Assembly (NCBI GenBank): GCA_947259485.1
Contig: CAMYLU010000001.1
Span: 38,897 to 102,896, forward strand
Reading direction: 5' to 3'
DNA length: 64,000 nucleotides
Source: an uncultured Gammaproteobacteria bacterium
GTDB lineage: Bacteria; Pseudomonadota; Gammaproteobacteria; GCA-001735895
Under the pieces are notes generated by a model. It saw only the letters and a program-made list of their open reading frames with translations. It made no database searches and was not told the DNA's origin. Below are positions 1 to 10,502 of the stretch, one piece after another. Positions within the stretch are counted from its first letter, which is position 1; each line of letters starts with the position of its first letter. The position numbers were made by a program, and so were the translations under genes.

Positions 1-1789
<1,789 letters not shown>

Positions 1790-1819
1790 AACCAGTCATA
1801 ATAACCAAAAAGGGCGCGC

Positions 1820-1848
1820 ATTCTAGCGCAATAATCCCCCTTTTCCAA
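1820..1848 (-). promoter_or_regulatory. Candidate sigma70 promoter of mnmG
   Basis: Minus strand TTGGAA-N17-TAGAAT followed by GC-rich discriminator GCGCGCCC. Confidence 0.5.
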
Positions 1849-1862
1849 AAATATCCTTCGAA

Positions 1863-1955
1863 CGCTACGTCGGTTGAATACCCCCCAAAAGCCGCTCCCG
1901 ACCGGCACCTGTGCCGGTCGGGAGCGCCTTTTGCGGGCATTAACCCGGCATGGCG
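1863..1955. repeat. Long imperfect intergenic hairpin, reduced member of the 4179/16868 repeat family
   Basis: CGCTCCCGACCGGCAC-CT-GTGCCGGTCGGGAGCG core flanked by CAAAAG/CTTTTG and further imperfect arms; shares CCGGTYGGSAGCGCCTTTTGNGGG with the other copies. Confidence 0.75.
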
Positions 1956-1971
1956 ATCACGATAAATTGCA

Positions 1972-1997
1972 AGATCCCAGCTTGCGCGGGGATGACG
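1972..1997. repeat. REP-like short palindrome
   Basis: Minus strand GTCATCCCCGCGCAAGCTGGGATCT resembles widespread GTCATYCCCGCG..GCGGGAAT palindromes. Confidence 0.45.
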
Positions 1998-2022
1998 TTC
2001 TAAAGGGCAGGAGGACGACGGG

Positions 2023-2685
2023 TTAGCGGGAGTGGGTGGTTATGAGGTCGGGGAGGTCGTGCATGCGCTCGAAGACGACGTGGGCACCGCTGGCGTGGAG
2101 TCTGTGCGCCGGCATCAGCTCGGCGAAACCGAACACGTTCATACCTGCCGCTACTGCGCCGGTGACCCCGATGGGGCTGTCTTCGATGACGAGGCAACGC
2201 CCGGGATCATCGATGCCCATGGTCCGGGCCGCATGCAGGTAAATATCGGGATGCGGTTTGCCGCGTTCGACATCGCTGGTACTGAAGATTTTGCCGGGAA
2301 AAAAACGCATCAGGTCGGTCTTGCCCAGCGTCATTTGCATCTTTTCGTGCGATCCACTCGATGCGACGCAACAGGGCAGGGCCAGTTGTTCCAGCACGGT
2401 CTCGATGCCGTCGATCGCGGCGACCGATTCGGCCAGTGCGCGGTTGATGTCCTGCTGGTAGCGTTGGTCCAGTTCTGGCGGGGGTGGTTCGCCGATCAGC
2501 GCCTCGATCTTTTGTAAGCATTGATCGCGTGAGTGCCCGACGAAGGTATCGAACATATCCTCAAGCGTAAACTGCAGGCCGCAAACCTCTTCCAGTACGT
2601 CAGCGAATACCTCGTTGGCGACGCGCTCACTGTCGACCAACACGCCGTCGCAATCGAATATGACCAGGTCAAACCTGTGGCCCAA
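2023..2685 (-). CDS. HAD-superfamily hydrolase (YieH-like phosphatase)
   Basis: FDCDGVLVDSE motif I, KPHPDIY, IEDS. Confidence 0.92.
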   Translation of the reverse strand: MGHRFDLVIFDCDGVLVDSERVANEVFADVLEEVCGLQFTLEDMFDTFVGHSRDQCLQKIEALIGEPPPPELDQRYQQDINRALAESVAAIDGIETVLEQLALPCCVASSGSHEKMQMTLGKTDLMRFFPGKIFSTSDVERGKPHPDIYLHAARTMGIDDPGRCLVIEDSPIGVTGAVAAGMNVFGFAELMPAHRLHASGAHVVFERMHDLPDLITTHSR

Positions 2686-3633
2686 TTAAACAGCCCCGGG
2701 TGAATCCTTTTTGGCGATGGTGGTGGCAAGTGCGACCATTGAGGACAGGTCGGTCAGGTTCGACGGCACGACCAGGGTATTGCCTTCTTTTGCCAGGTTG
2801 CCGAACTGCGTGATATAGGCTTCGGCAACGCGCAGCTGCATCGCAGCATCCCCGCCTTCGACAACCAGCGATTGTGCCACCCGGTAAAGGCCTTTCGAAG
2901 TTGCGGTGGCGACCGCCAGGATCGCCTGGGCTTCACCCTCGGCTTCGTTGATCTGCTGCTGCTTGGCAGCCTCGGATTCCTTGATCACGCGCTGCTTTTC
3001 GCCTTCCGCCTCGTTGATCTTGGCGTCTCGCTCGCCTTCCGAGGTCAGGATTACCGCACGCTTTTCCCGTTCCGCGCGCATCTGCTTTTCCATTGCGCTG
3101 AGCACGTCATGCGGTGGATTGATGTTCTTGATTTCATAGCGCAACACCTTGACGCCCCAGGGGTCCGAAGCCTTGTCGAGTTCGGAGACGACATTGGCAT
3201 TGATCATCGAACGTTCTTCGAAAGTCCGATCCAGCGCAATTTTACCGATCTCGCTACGCAGCGTGGTTTGCGCAAGTTGTGAAATCGCAAAAGCGAAGTC
3301 GGAAATACCGTAGGAAGCACGCTCCGGATCCATTACCTGCAGGTACAGTACGCCATCGACTCCAACCTGGACATTGTCGTTGGTGATACAGACTTGCTCG
3401 GGGATATCAACGGCCAGTTCCTTGAGGCTATGCCGATAGGCCACGCGCTCGATAAACGGTATCAGTATATGAAAACCCGCGCGCAGTGTACGGCTGTACT
3501 TACCGAGGCTTTCAACCACGAACGCACTTTGTTGCGGCACAACCACCGCGGTCTTGAAGATAACAAGAATGACGACGATCGCTGTCGCAATCGATACCCA
3601 GAAGGCAAAATTACCGTACATGATGTTCTCCAT
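2686..3633 (-). CDS. SPFH/Band 7 (stomatin-like, QmcA/paraslipin) protein
   Basis: N-terminal TM; QLAQTTLRSEIG, WGVKVLRYEIKNI, KQMRAEREKRA. Confidence 0.93.
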   Translation of the reverse strand: MENIMYGNFAFWVSIATAIVVILVIFKTAVVVPQQSAFVVESLGKYSRTLRAGFHILIPFIERVAYRHSLKELAVDIPEQVCITNDNVQVGVDGVLYLQVMDPERASYGISDFAFAISQLAQTTLRSEIGKIALDRTFEERSMINANVVSELDKASDPWGVKVLRYEIKNINPPHDVLSAMEKQMRAEREKRAVILTSEGERDAKINEAEGEKQRVIKESEAAKQQQINEAEGEAQAILAVATATSKGLYRVAQSLVVEGGDAAMQLRVAEAYITQFGNLAKEGNTLVVPSNLTDLSSMVALATTIAKKDSPGAV

Positions 3634-4076
3634 TATTCGTGAGTCTTAACGGTATCGAGCTTTAACGTAAGCCCGTCCACACTACTGATTTGTACATGCT
3701 GCCCCTGTTCGAAAGGCTGGTCGCTGGCGTTAATCACGGTCCACTCGGTACCACGATATGCCAGCCGTCCTGTATCGCCGGGTTGCAAGGATTGTTCGAC
3801 AGTCACGATTTCACCCTTTGGCCCGGTTTCGTAGCCGATGCCGGAACCACGCAACTTGGCGTAGAGTTTCTTGCGAAAAAAGACCATTAACACCAGCGCA
3901 ATAACGGAAAACAGTATCCATTGCACCCAGGGCTCGAGGCCAATCCCGGCGAGCTCGACCAGGCCGGTGATGGCCGCCGCGATGCCGATGAATACCAGGT
4001 AAAACCCCGCGTCGACAATTAACAGCTCCGAACCAAGCAGTAATGCGCCAACAATCATCCATCCCCACCAGGGCAT
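3633..4076 (-). CDS. NfeD-like membrane protein
   Basis: Hydrophobic N-terminus plus C-terminal OB fold (GTEWTV); canonical partner of SPFH gene. Confidence 0.88.
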   Translation of the reverse strand: MPWWGWMIVGALLLGSELLIVDAGFYLVFIGIAAAITGLVELAGIGLEPWVQWILFSVIALVLMVFFRKKLYAKLRGSGIGYETGPKGEIVTVEQSLQPGDTGRLAYRGTEWTVINASDQPFEQGQHVQISSVDGLTLKLDTVKTHE

Positions 4077-4178
4077 AACATTCTCCTGTCAATTCAATAA
4101 ATTATCTTATCCCTGAGACTAGCATAGTCAAGGCATTCAACATGTCACCTTTTCAGACAAAATCTCTCCCTTTAAAGC

Positions 4179-4322
4179 GCCACCTCGGGATTAAGCCCCG
4201 AAAAGTGTCGCGAGGCAGGACGCCGCGGTCCGACGCTTCGGGCGCCAAGCGATTCCATGGATGGACCAACCGGCGCTTGCGCCGGTTGGGAGCGCCTTTT
4301 GGGGGCTTAATCCCGAGGTGGC
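4179..4322. repeat. Structured intergenic repeat, copy 1 (27-bp terminal inverted repeats)
   Basis: GCCACCTCGGGATTAAGCCCCGAAAAG ... CTTTTGGGGGCTTAATCCCGAGGTGGC (26/27 complementary); inner CCAACCGGCGC-TT-GCGCCGGTTGG hairpin; homologous to 16868-16997. Confidence 0.9.
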
Positions 4323-4360
4323 TCTTCTGGAATTGCAGCAGATGCCGCGGATTGAAGATC

Positions 4361-5647
4361 TTAGGATTGAGAAAGATTGAGCGCCTGGTCGAGATCCCAG
4401 AGGATATCGTCGAGGGTTTCGAGTCCGACCGAGATACGCACCATGTCCGGGGTAACCCCGGCCGCGATCTGCTGTTCCTCGCTGAGTTGGCGGTGGGTGG
4501 TCGATGCCGGATGAATAATCAGCGTGCGCGCATCGCCGACATTGGCGAGATGGCTCATGAACTGGGCGCTGTTGATAAACTTCTCACCCGCCGCTGCACC
4601 GCCATTGACGCCGAAGGTCAGAATCGAGCTTGCCCCCTTCGGCAGGTATTTCTTTACCAACGGCTGATAGGGATTATCTTCGAGCCCCGCGTAATTGACC
4701 CACCCGACTGCCGGATGCTCACGCAGAAACTCCGCCACTCCGATTGCGTTGGCACAATGGCGGTCCATGCGTACCGGCAGGGTCTCGATACCTTGCAGCA
4801 TCATGAAGGCATTGAACGGACTCATCGCCTGCCCAAGGGTGCGAAGGGTTTCGCAGCGGGCTTTCATGGTGAAACCGAAATCACCAAAGGTTTCATAAAA
4901 ACGAATGCCGTGATATCCGGCCGAAGGTTCGGTCATGCCCGGGAAATTACCGTTATCCCAGTCAAACTTGCCTGATTCGATCATGACGCCGCCCATGCTG
5001 GTACCGTGTCCACCGATAAACTTGGTTGCCGAATGCACCACGATATCGGCGCCGAAATCAATCGGCTTGCACAGGTACGGCGTGGCAAAGGTACTGTCGA
5101 CTATCAACGGAATACCGGCGTCGTGTGCGATCGCGGCGATGGCTTCGATATCGATTATGTTATTGGTCGGGTTGCCGATGGTTTCGGCATAAACTGCCTT
5201 TGTTTTCGTGGTGATTGCCTGGCGGAAGTTTTCGGGATCGTCGGAATCGACGAACGTCGTCTCGATGCCCATCTTGCGAAAGGTCACATCGAATTGCGAA
5301 AAAGTGCCACCGTAAAGCGTTTTTGCCGACACCAGTTCGTCACCCTGTTGCATCAGCGTCAGGATAGCAGTCATCTGTGCAGCCATGCCCGAACTGACCC
5401 CGAGTGCGGCGCGGCCGTTTTCGAGCGATGCCATGCGCTCCTCGAACACCGCGGTGGTCGGGTTGGTCAGGCGCACATAGGTATTGCCGAAAGTTTGCAG
5501 GTTAAACAGGCTCGCGGCATGCTCGGCATCATCGAACACGTATGACGTGGTCTGGTATATCGGTACCGCGCGGGCACCGGTAACCGGATCCGGAATTTGG
5601 CCTGCATGCAAACACAGGGTTTCGATTCCAAATTTTCGGTCTGCCAT
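4361..5647 (-). CDS. metY: O-acetylhomoserine aminocarboxypropyltransferase / cysteine synthase
   Basis: AVPIYQTTSY, HSATKFIGGHG PLP-lysine motif, IIHPASTTH. Confidence 0.92.
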   Translation of the reverse strand: MADRKFGIETLCLHAGQIPDPVTGARAVPIYQTTSYVFDDAEHAASLFNLQTFGNTYVRLTNPTTAVFEERMASLENGRAALGVSSGMAAQMTAILTLMQQGDELVSAKTLYGGTFSQFDVTFRKMGIETTFVDSDDPENFRQAITTKTKAVYAETIGNPTNNIIDIEAIAAIAHDAGIPLIVDSTFATPYLCKPIDFGADIVVHSATKFIGGHGTSMGGVMIESGKFDWDNGNFPGMTEPSAGYHGIRFYETFGDFGFTMKARCETLRTLGQAMSPFNAFMMLQGIETLPVRMDRHCANAIGVAEFLREHPAVGWVNYAGLEDNPYQPLVKKYLPKGASSILTFGVNGGAAAGEKFINSAQFMSHLANVGDARTLIIHPASTTHRQLSEEQQIAAGVTPDMVRISVGLETLDDILWDLDQALNLSQS

Positions 5648-5659
5648 GGCTTGCTCCGC

Positions 5660-6130
5660 TTACCGGTTAAATATCGTTGGTCGTTGCGCCGAAATGACGC
5701 CGGTATTGACGCCGGCCGTATTCAGCCCACCGAACAGGCGCGCATACTCGATTTTCACGCAACGATCCATCACCACTTCGAGTCCGGCGGCGCGTGCTTT
5801 TTGTGCCGCCTCCTCGTTAATAATACCAAGCTGCATCCACACCACTTTGGCCCCAATTTCAATCGCGTCATCGACAAACGGCGGGATTCGATCAGAACGT
5901 TGAAACAGATCGACCATGTCGACCGGGGTCGGGATGTCTTTTAAATCGGCATAACATTTCTGTCCCAGAATCTCATCGTATTTGGGGTTTACCGGAATTA
6001 TTTCGAAACCGTGTTCGAGCAGGTATTTGCCGACGAAATTGCTCGGTCTTGACCAGTCGTCGGAAAGCCCGACGATCGCAACGCGTTTGTTTTCAATGAG
6101 AATACGACGCAGGGTATTGATGTCGTTCAT
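5660..6130 (-). CDS. CoA-binding protein (YccU-like)
   Basis: AIVGLS, IIPVNP, VWMQLGI, VMDRCVKIE. Confidence 0.9.
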   Translation of the reverse strand: MNDINTLRRILIENKRVAIVGLSDDWSRPSNFVGKYLLEHGFEIIPVNPKYDEILGQKCYADLKDIPTPVDMVDLFQRSDRIPPFVDDAIEIGAKVVWMQLGIINEEAAQKARAAGLEVVMDRCVKIEYARLFGGLNTAGVNTGVISAQRPTIFNR

Positions 6131-7758
6131 AGCTTCCTGGCGCTTTCGCGTAATACAAATTTCTGGATTTTGCCGGTCGAGGTTTTCGGCAGGGGCCCAA
6201 ATACCACCTTTCGCGGTGCTTTGAAATGCGCCATGTTAGCGCGACAAAAATCGATAATTTCCTGCTCACTCACTTCACCCGCATCATCGCGCAGGGTCAC
6301 AAACGCGCACGGCGTTTCGCCCCACTTCTCATCGGGCATGCCGGCGACAGCGGCTTCGAGAACGGCGGGGTGGCGATACAGCGTACCTTCAACTTCGATG
6401 CTGGAAATATTCTCTCCCCCGGAAATGATAATATCCTTGGAACGGTCCATGATCTGGATATAGCCGTCTTGATGACAAACCGCGAGATCGCCACTGTGGA
6501 AGTAACCCCCTGCAAAGGCTTCTTCACTGGCACGGAGATTTTTAAGATACCCCTTCATGACGATGTTGCCCCTGAACATGATCTCGCCGATGGTTTCTCC
6601 ATCACGCGGCACTGGTTTCATGGTCTCGGGATCCATGACGACGAGCTCCTCCAGCATCGGGTAGCGCACGCCCTGGCGCGCTTTCATCCCGGCCTGGTCG
6701 GCAAGCGATAACTCGTCCCATTCCCGGTGCCAGGCACAAACTACTGCCGGTCCATACACTTCCGTCAGGCCGTAGGCATGCGTTACCTTGAAGTTTAGTT
6801 TCTGCATCGCCTCGAGCACCGCCGGCGGCGGCGCCGACGCAGCTGTCATAATATTTACCTGGTGATCAACGCCCGCTTTCAATTTCTCATCGGCATTGGC
6901 CATCAGGTTCATAACGATCGGAGCACCGCAAAGGTGGGTGACCTTGTGCTGCTTGATTGCATTGAAGATATCATCCGCCCTGACCGCACGCAGACAAACA
7001 TTGGTTCCATTCAAGGCGGCGATGGTCCACGGAAAACACCAGCCGTTGCAGTGAAACAAGGGTAAGGTCCACAGGTACACCGGGTGTGCACCCATATCCC
7101 AGCCTAGTACATTCGACACTGCGTTCAGGTAAGCACCGCGATGATGGGTTACCACACCCTTGGGATCTCCGGTGGTGCCCGAGGTATAGCCAAGCGCGAT
7201 CGCCTGCCATTCGTCCTGCGGTAATTGCCACCTGAATTCGGCGTCACCTTGTTTAAGAAAATTTTCATACTCGAAATCGCCGATAAAATCACCGCCGTTA
7301 AATTCGGAATCATCGACATCGATAACCAGGGGTTTGTTTTCAAGTTGGGAAACGGCCGCTTTTATAGTGTCTGAAAACTCGCGGTCGGTTAACAATACTT
7401 TCGCATCGCCGTGCTTGAGTTGGAATGCGATTGCGTCTGCATCAAGGCGTATATTGAGCCCGTTAATTACACCGCCCGCCATCGGAATTGCGAAATGGGC
7501 CTCGTACATCGCGGGAACATTGGGCAGCATCAAGGCGACGGTTTCGTCCTGTCGCAAACCGTGTTTCTGCAGCGCCGAGGCGAAGCGACAGGACCTGGCG
7601 TAGGTCTGGGCCCAGGTTTGCTGCCTGGCAGCGTAGATCAGCGCCGGGTGATCGGGGTAAACCGAAGCCGCACGCTCGATAAACGTGATTGGCGATAGCG
7701 GCGTATAGTTAGCCTCATTTTTTTCCAGATCCCTCGAGTACTGACTATCAGCATTCAT
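6127..7758 (-). CDS. AMP-dependent acyl-CoA synthetase
   Basis: YTSGTTGDPKG, YGLTE, FHSGDL, DRSKDIIISGGENI; start placed at MNADS. Confidence 0.92.
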   Translation of the reverse strand: MNADSQYSRDLEKNEANYTPLSPITFIERAASVYPDHPALIYAARQQTWAQTYARSCRFASALQKHGLRQDETVALMLPNVPAMYEAHFAIPMAGGVINGLNIRLDADAIAFQLKHGDAKVLLTDREFSDTIKAAVSQLENKPLVIDVDDSEFNGGDFIGDFEYENFLKQGDAEFRWQLPQDEWQAIALGYTSGTTGDPKGVVTHHRGAYLNAVSNVLGWDMGAHPVYLWTLPLFHCNGWCFPWTIAALNGTNVCLRAVRADDIFNAIKQHKVTHLCGAPIVMNLMANADEKLKAGVDHQVNIMTAASAPPPAVLEAMQKLNFKVTHAYGLTEVYGPAVVCAWHREWDELSLADQAGMKARQGVRYPMLEELVVMDPETMKPVPRDGETIGEIMFRGNIVMKGYLKNLRASEEAFAGGYFHSGDLAVCHQDGYIQIMDRSKDIIISGGENISSIEVEGTLYRHPAVLEAAVAGMPDEKWGETPCAFVTLRDDAGEVSEQEIIDFCRANMAHFKAPRKVVFGPLPKTSTGKIQKFVLRESARKL

Positions 7759-7763
7759 TCCGT

Positions 7764-8567
7764 TTAACGGCCTTTCCATTCCGGTTTGCGCTTTTCGATA
7801 AATGCATCGATACCTTCGCGTGCATCATACGAATCCATGTTACAGGTCATCCGTTCGGCAGCGTAAGCATAGGCGTCGGATAAATCCATCGACAATTGCT
7901 GGTAAAACATATCCTTGCCGAGCTTAATCGCATGCGCCGACCTGGAGACGATTTTCTGTGCCAGCGCTGTGGTCGCCTGCTCGAGCTCATCAGCGGGGAC
8001 AACTTCGTTAACCAGCCCATACTGATGCGCGGTCCGGGCTGATATAAAATCTCCGGTAAGCAGCATATGCATGGCCTGCTTGCGTCCCATGTTACGACTC
8101 AACGGTACCGCCGGGGTAGAACAAAACAATCCGACGTTAATCCCCGAAACCGCAAAGCGCGCTTCTTCGGACGCAACCGCGAGATCGCAATTCGCGACCA
8201 GTTGGCAACCGGCGGCGGTGGCAATCCCGTTGACCCGGGCAATCACGGGCTGCTGCAACTGGTTAATGGTCAGCATCATCTTGCTGCACTGGTTAAACAG
8301 CGCCTGGTGAAACTCGCGCTCCTCGCTGGAACGCATTTCTTTCAAGTCATGGCCGGGACAAAAAGCCTTGCCGCTTGCAGCGATGATGACGACACGAATC
8401 GAATCATCCTGATCGATATCGTCGAGTGCGGTCTGCAGTTCGCTCAGCATCTCTCCTGAAAGTGCGTTGTATTGCCGCGGACGATTCAGCGTCAGCGTGG
8501 TAATGCCATCGCTGTCCTGCCGCAATAGAATGGATTGATCTGCTACCTGGTCGGCTGTGGCACCCAT
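7764..8567 (-). CDS. Enoyl-CoA hydratase/isomerase
   Basis: LTLNRP, FCPGHDLKE, ATAAGCQL, GLFCSTP. Confidence 0.92.
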   Translation of the reverse strand: MGATADQVADQSILLRQDSDGITTLTLNRPRQYNALSGEMLSELQTALDDIDQDDSIRVVIIAASGKAFCPGHDLKEMRSSEEREFHQALFNQCSKMMLTINQLQQPVIARVNGIATAAGCQLVANCDLAVASEEARFAVSGINVGLFCSTPAVPLSRNMGRKQAMHMLLTGDFISARTAHQYGLVNEVVPADELEQATTALAQKIVSRSAHAIKLGKDMFYQQLSMDLSDAYAYAAERMTCNMDSYDAREGIDAFIEKRKPEWKGR

Positions 8568-8571
8568 AAGC

Positions 8572-9069
8572 CTATCCTCGCTGAAACTTGTTCCTGATGT
8601 AAATTGAAAAATAATCCCCGTAACGTTGCTGTAATTCGGGTAGTTTCCAGTCCTGGCCGGTTACCTTACCGCGACACAACGCACTTCCGCAATGGCAATC
8701 AAGCGCATAGTGGTCAGAACGTTCCATCGAGTAATCGTGACACAATTCCTCCCCGGCCTTGATGTCGCGCATTGCGACATAGACCACCTGTCCACGAAAA
8801 CCGACATTCGGATCACAGGAGTGATTGATGAACACCGACATGTCGTCGACATCATCGGCGGTACGTGGCGCCAGGTAAAAATCATCATCGATTTGCAACG
8901 CCATATCCCCGGCTTCGGCGGTGGCCCGGTCGAGGTCGTTACGGGTAATTATATGGCCGGCCTTGATTGCAACGATTTCGTCTTTGGCGATATCCGCAAT
9001 CGCGATCACACCCCGTCCGGCAAGCGTATCCTCCCGCACCGTTATCTTCGGTGAACGCCAGGTTTTCAT
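8572..9069 (-). CDS. SET-domain protein with post-SET cysteines
   Basis: GRGV, INHSCDPN, RDIKAGEELCHDY, CHCGSALCRG. Confidence 0.92.
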   Translation of the reverse strand: MKTWRSPKITVREDTLAGRGVIAIADIAKDEIVAIKAGHIITRNDLDRATAEAGDMALQIDDDFYLAPRTADDVDDMSVFINHSCDPNVGFRGQVVYVAMRDIKAGEELCHDYSMERSDHYALDCHCGSALCRGKVTGQDWKLPELQQRYGDYFSIYIRNKFQRG

Positions 9070-9113
9070 TACAAATTCCGCATGCAGGCCGGCTGGTTCC
9101 GTGACTGCAAGGG

Positions 9114-10067
9114 TCAGGCTGGATCACGCCGCAAGGGCTGGCACATGCAATGAACACCGCCGCCGGCCCAGGTGAACATCGTCATATCCGGGTCGTAGAC
9201 CTCGAGTCCGATGGCGCGCATTTTCTGGTTCAGGTCTTTTGCTAACAGCGTGGATAAAACCTTGTCATTGCCGAGTGCGACGACGTTACAGCCCAGCGCC
9301 ATGGTTTCCTCAAAGGTGGCCGGCAGGATTTCGATACCCATTTTTTTAAGCCATTCGACAATATCGTCATCGGTGGTTTCGAGGCAGACCGCGGCACAGT
9401 TTTCGGTCAGCATGCACACCATTAAATCAATATGTACATAGAAAGGATCGATCGGGGCGAACTTGATCTCCCAGCCTTCGTCGATAAACCAGTTGGCAAC
9501 CTGCCGCGCAGCAACCCCCTCGCTGCGATGATCGGTATAGCCCACCAGGGCCACGCCCGGCTTGATGATATTAAAGTCGCCGCCTTCAAAACTGCCCATC
9601 GACACCATGTCGTAAATGGGAACATTATTTTCCAGGTAAAAACGCAACGCGGGTGCGTACTCGCCGCGACGTCGGGGATTGGCCATCTGGCAGATTACGG
9701 CACCATAGGGCGTCATGAACGAGGAATCGCGCGCGTAGACCTGCATCGGGGTGCCTTCATCGACCGGCAGGAAATGGCACTTTGTGCCGGCCTGCTCATA
9801 GGCATGGACCATTTCAGCATGCTGTCTTTCTGCGAGGGCCTGGTCGAACTTGTGCCCACGGCGAAGTGAGTCGCGCACCAGCGAACTATACTCCGCATTT
9901 TCAAGACCCAGCCAGCGGAACGTATCCACCGGGCCCAACAGGACGTCCAGCAGTGGACCGGTTTCGGATTTCAGGTACCAGTCGGTCATTTCCTGCGTTC
10001 CACCACCGCTTTTCCTGGCGCGCAACGGCTTTTGCATTGTAACGGGACTGGTGACTGGTGCGTTCAT
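9114..10067 (-). CDS. Amidinotransferase / dimethylarginine dimethylaminohydrolase family protein
   Basis: YARD, EGGD, HID, GGGVHCM catalytic motifs; RBS GGAG before ATG 10067. Confidence 0.88.
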   Translation of the reverse strand: MNAPVTSPVTMQKPLRARKSGGGTQEMTDWYLKSETGPLLDVLLGPVDTFRWLGLENAEYSSLVRDSLRRGHKFDQALAERQHAEMVHAYEQAGTKCHFLPVDEGTPMQVYARDSSFMTPYGAVICQMANPRRRGEYAPALRFYLENNVPIYDMVSMGSFEGGDFNIIKPGVALVGYTDHRSEGVAARQVANWFIDEGWEIKFAPIDPFYVHIDLMVCMLTENCAAVCLETTDDDIVEWLKKMGIEILPATFEETMALGCNVVALGNDKVLSTLLAKDLNQKMRAIGLEVYDPDMTMFTWAGGGVHCMCQPLRRDPA

Positions 10068-10212
10068 TAGAATACTCCGCGGCCGGTTGTCGGAGTTGGA
10101 GTATATTACCTGCCGAGCGCTGCCCACAAGTAATTGGACATCGTCAGCAGGCTTTGCCGGATGAAACTGATTAGCGGCCGGGGCGGCATGTTGTCACGCC
10201 ACAAATGCAGAA

Positions 10213-10476
10213 TCAGGTTTTGGTCGTTGGTTTGCGTGCGGCGTAGGCCGAGTAGCCCAGTGTCGAGCGTTCGTTGAGATTTGCGGCGTATTCCTTGACG
10301 TACGCGGTCACCGATTTAAGGGTGCCGGATCGCTTTCCTTTTATTTCCGAGGTGCCCTCACCAATGACATATTCATACCACTCCCCTTCGGTCACGCCGT
10401 CGGGTGGATCAGTTTTCTCTATGCTGGTGACCGGAAACTTGCGCACACTTACTTCACTATCGGATGAATCAGCCAT
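10213..10476 (-). CDS. Small hypothetical protein downstream of rhlE
   Basis: 87-aa ORF with RBS, co-oriented with rhlE. Confidence 0.7.
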   Translation of the reverse strand: MADSSDSEVSVRKFPVTSIEKTDPPDGVTEGEWYEYVIGEGTSEIKGKRSGTLKSVTAYVKEYAANLNERSTLGYSAYAARKPTTKT

Positions 10477-10502
10477 AATTTTTTCCTAAAACCTCTATTT
10501 TA

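Noticed and set aside
1790-2022. Possible oriC upstream of mnmG
   Set aside because: No TTATCCACA DnaA-box cluster or AT-rich unwinding element; the gap is filled by GC-rich hairpins.
4142-4975. Long plus-strand ORFs such as 4142..4975, 15914..16819 and 22493..23581
   Set aside because: Antisense shadows of well-supported GC-rich genes, with no recognisable motifs.
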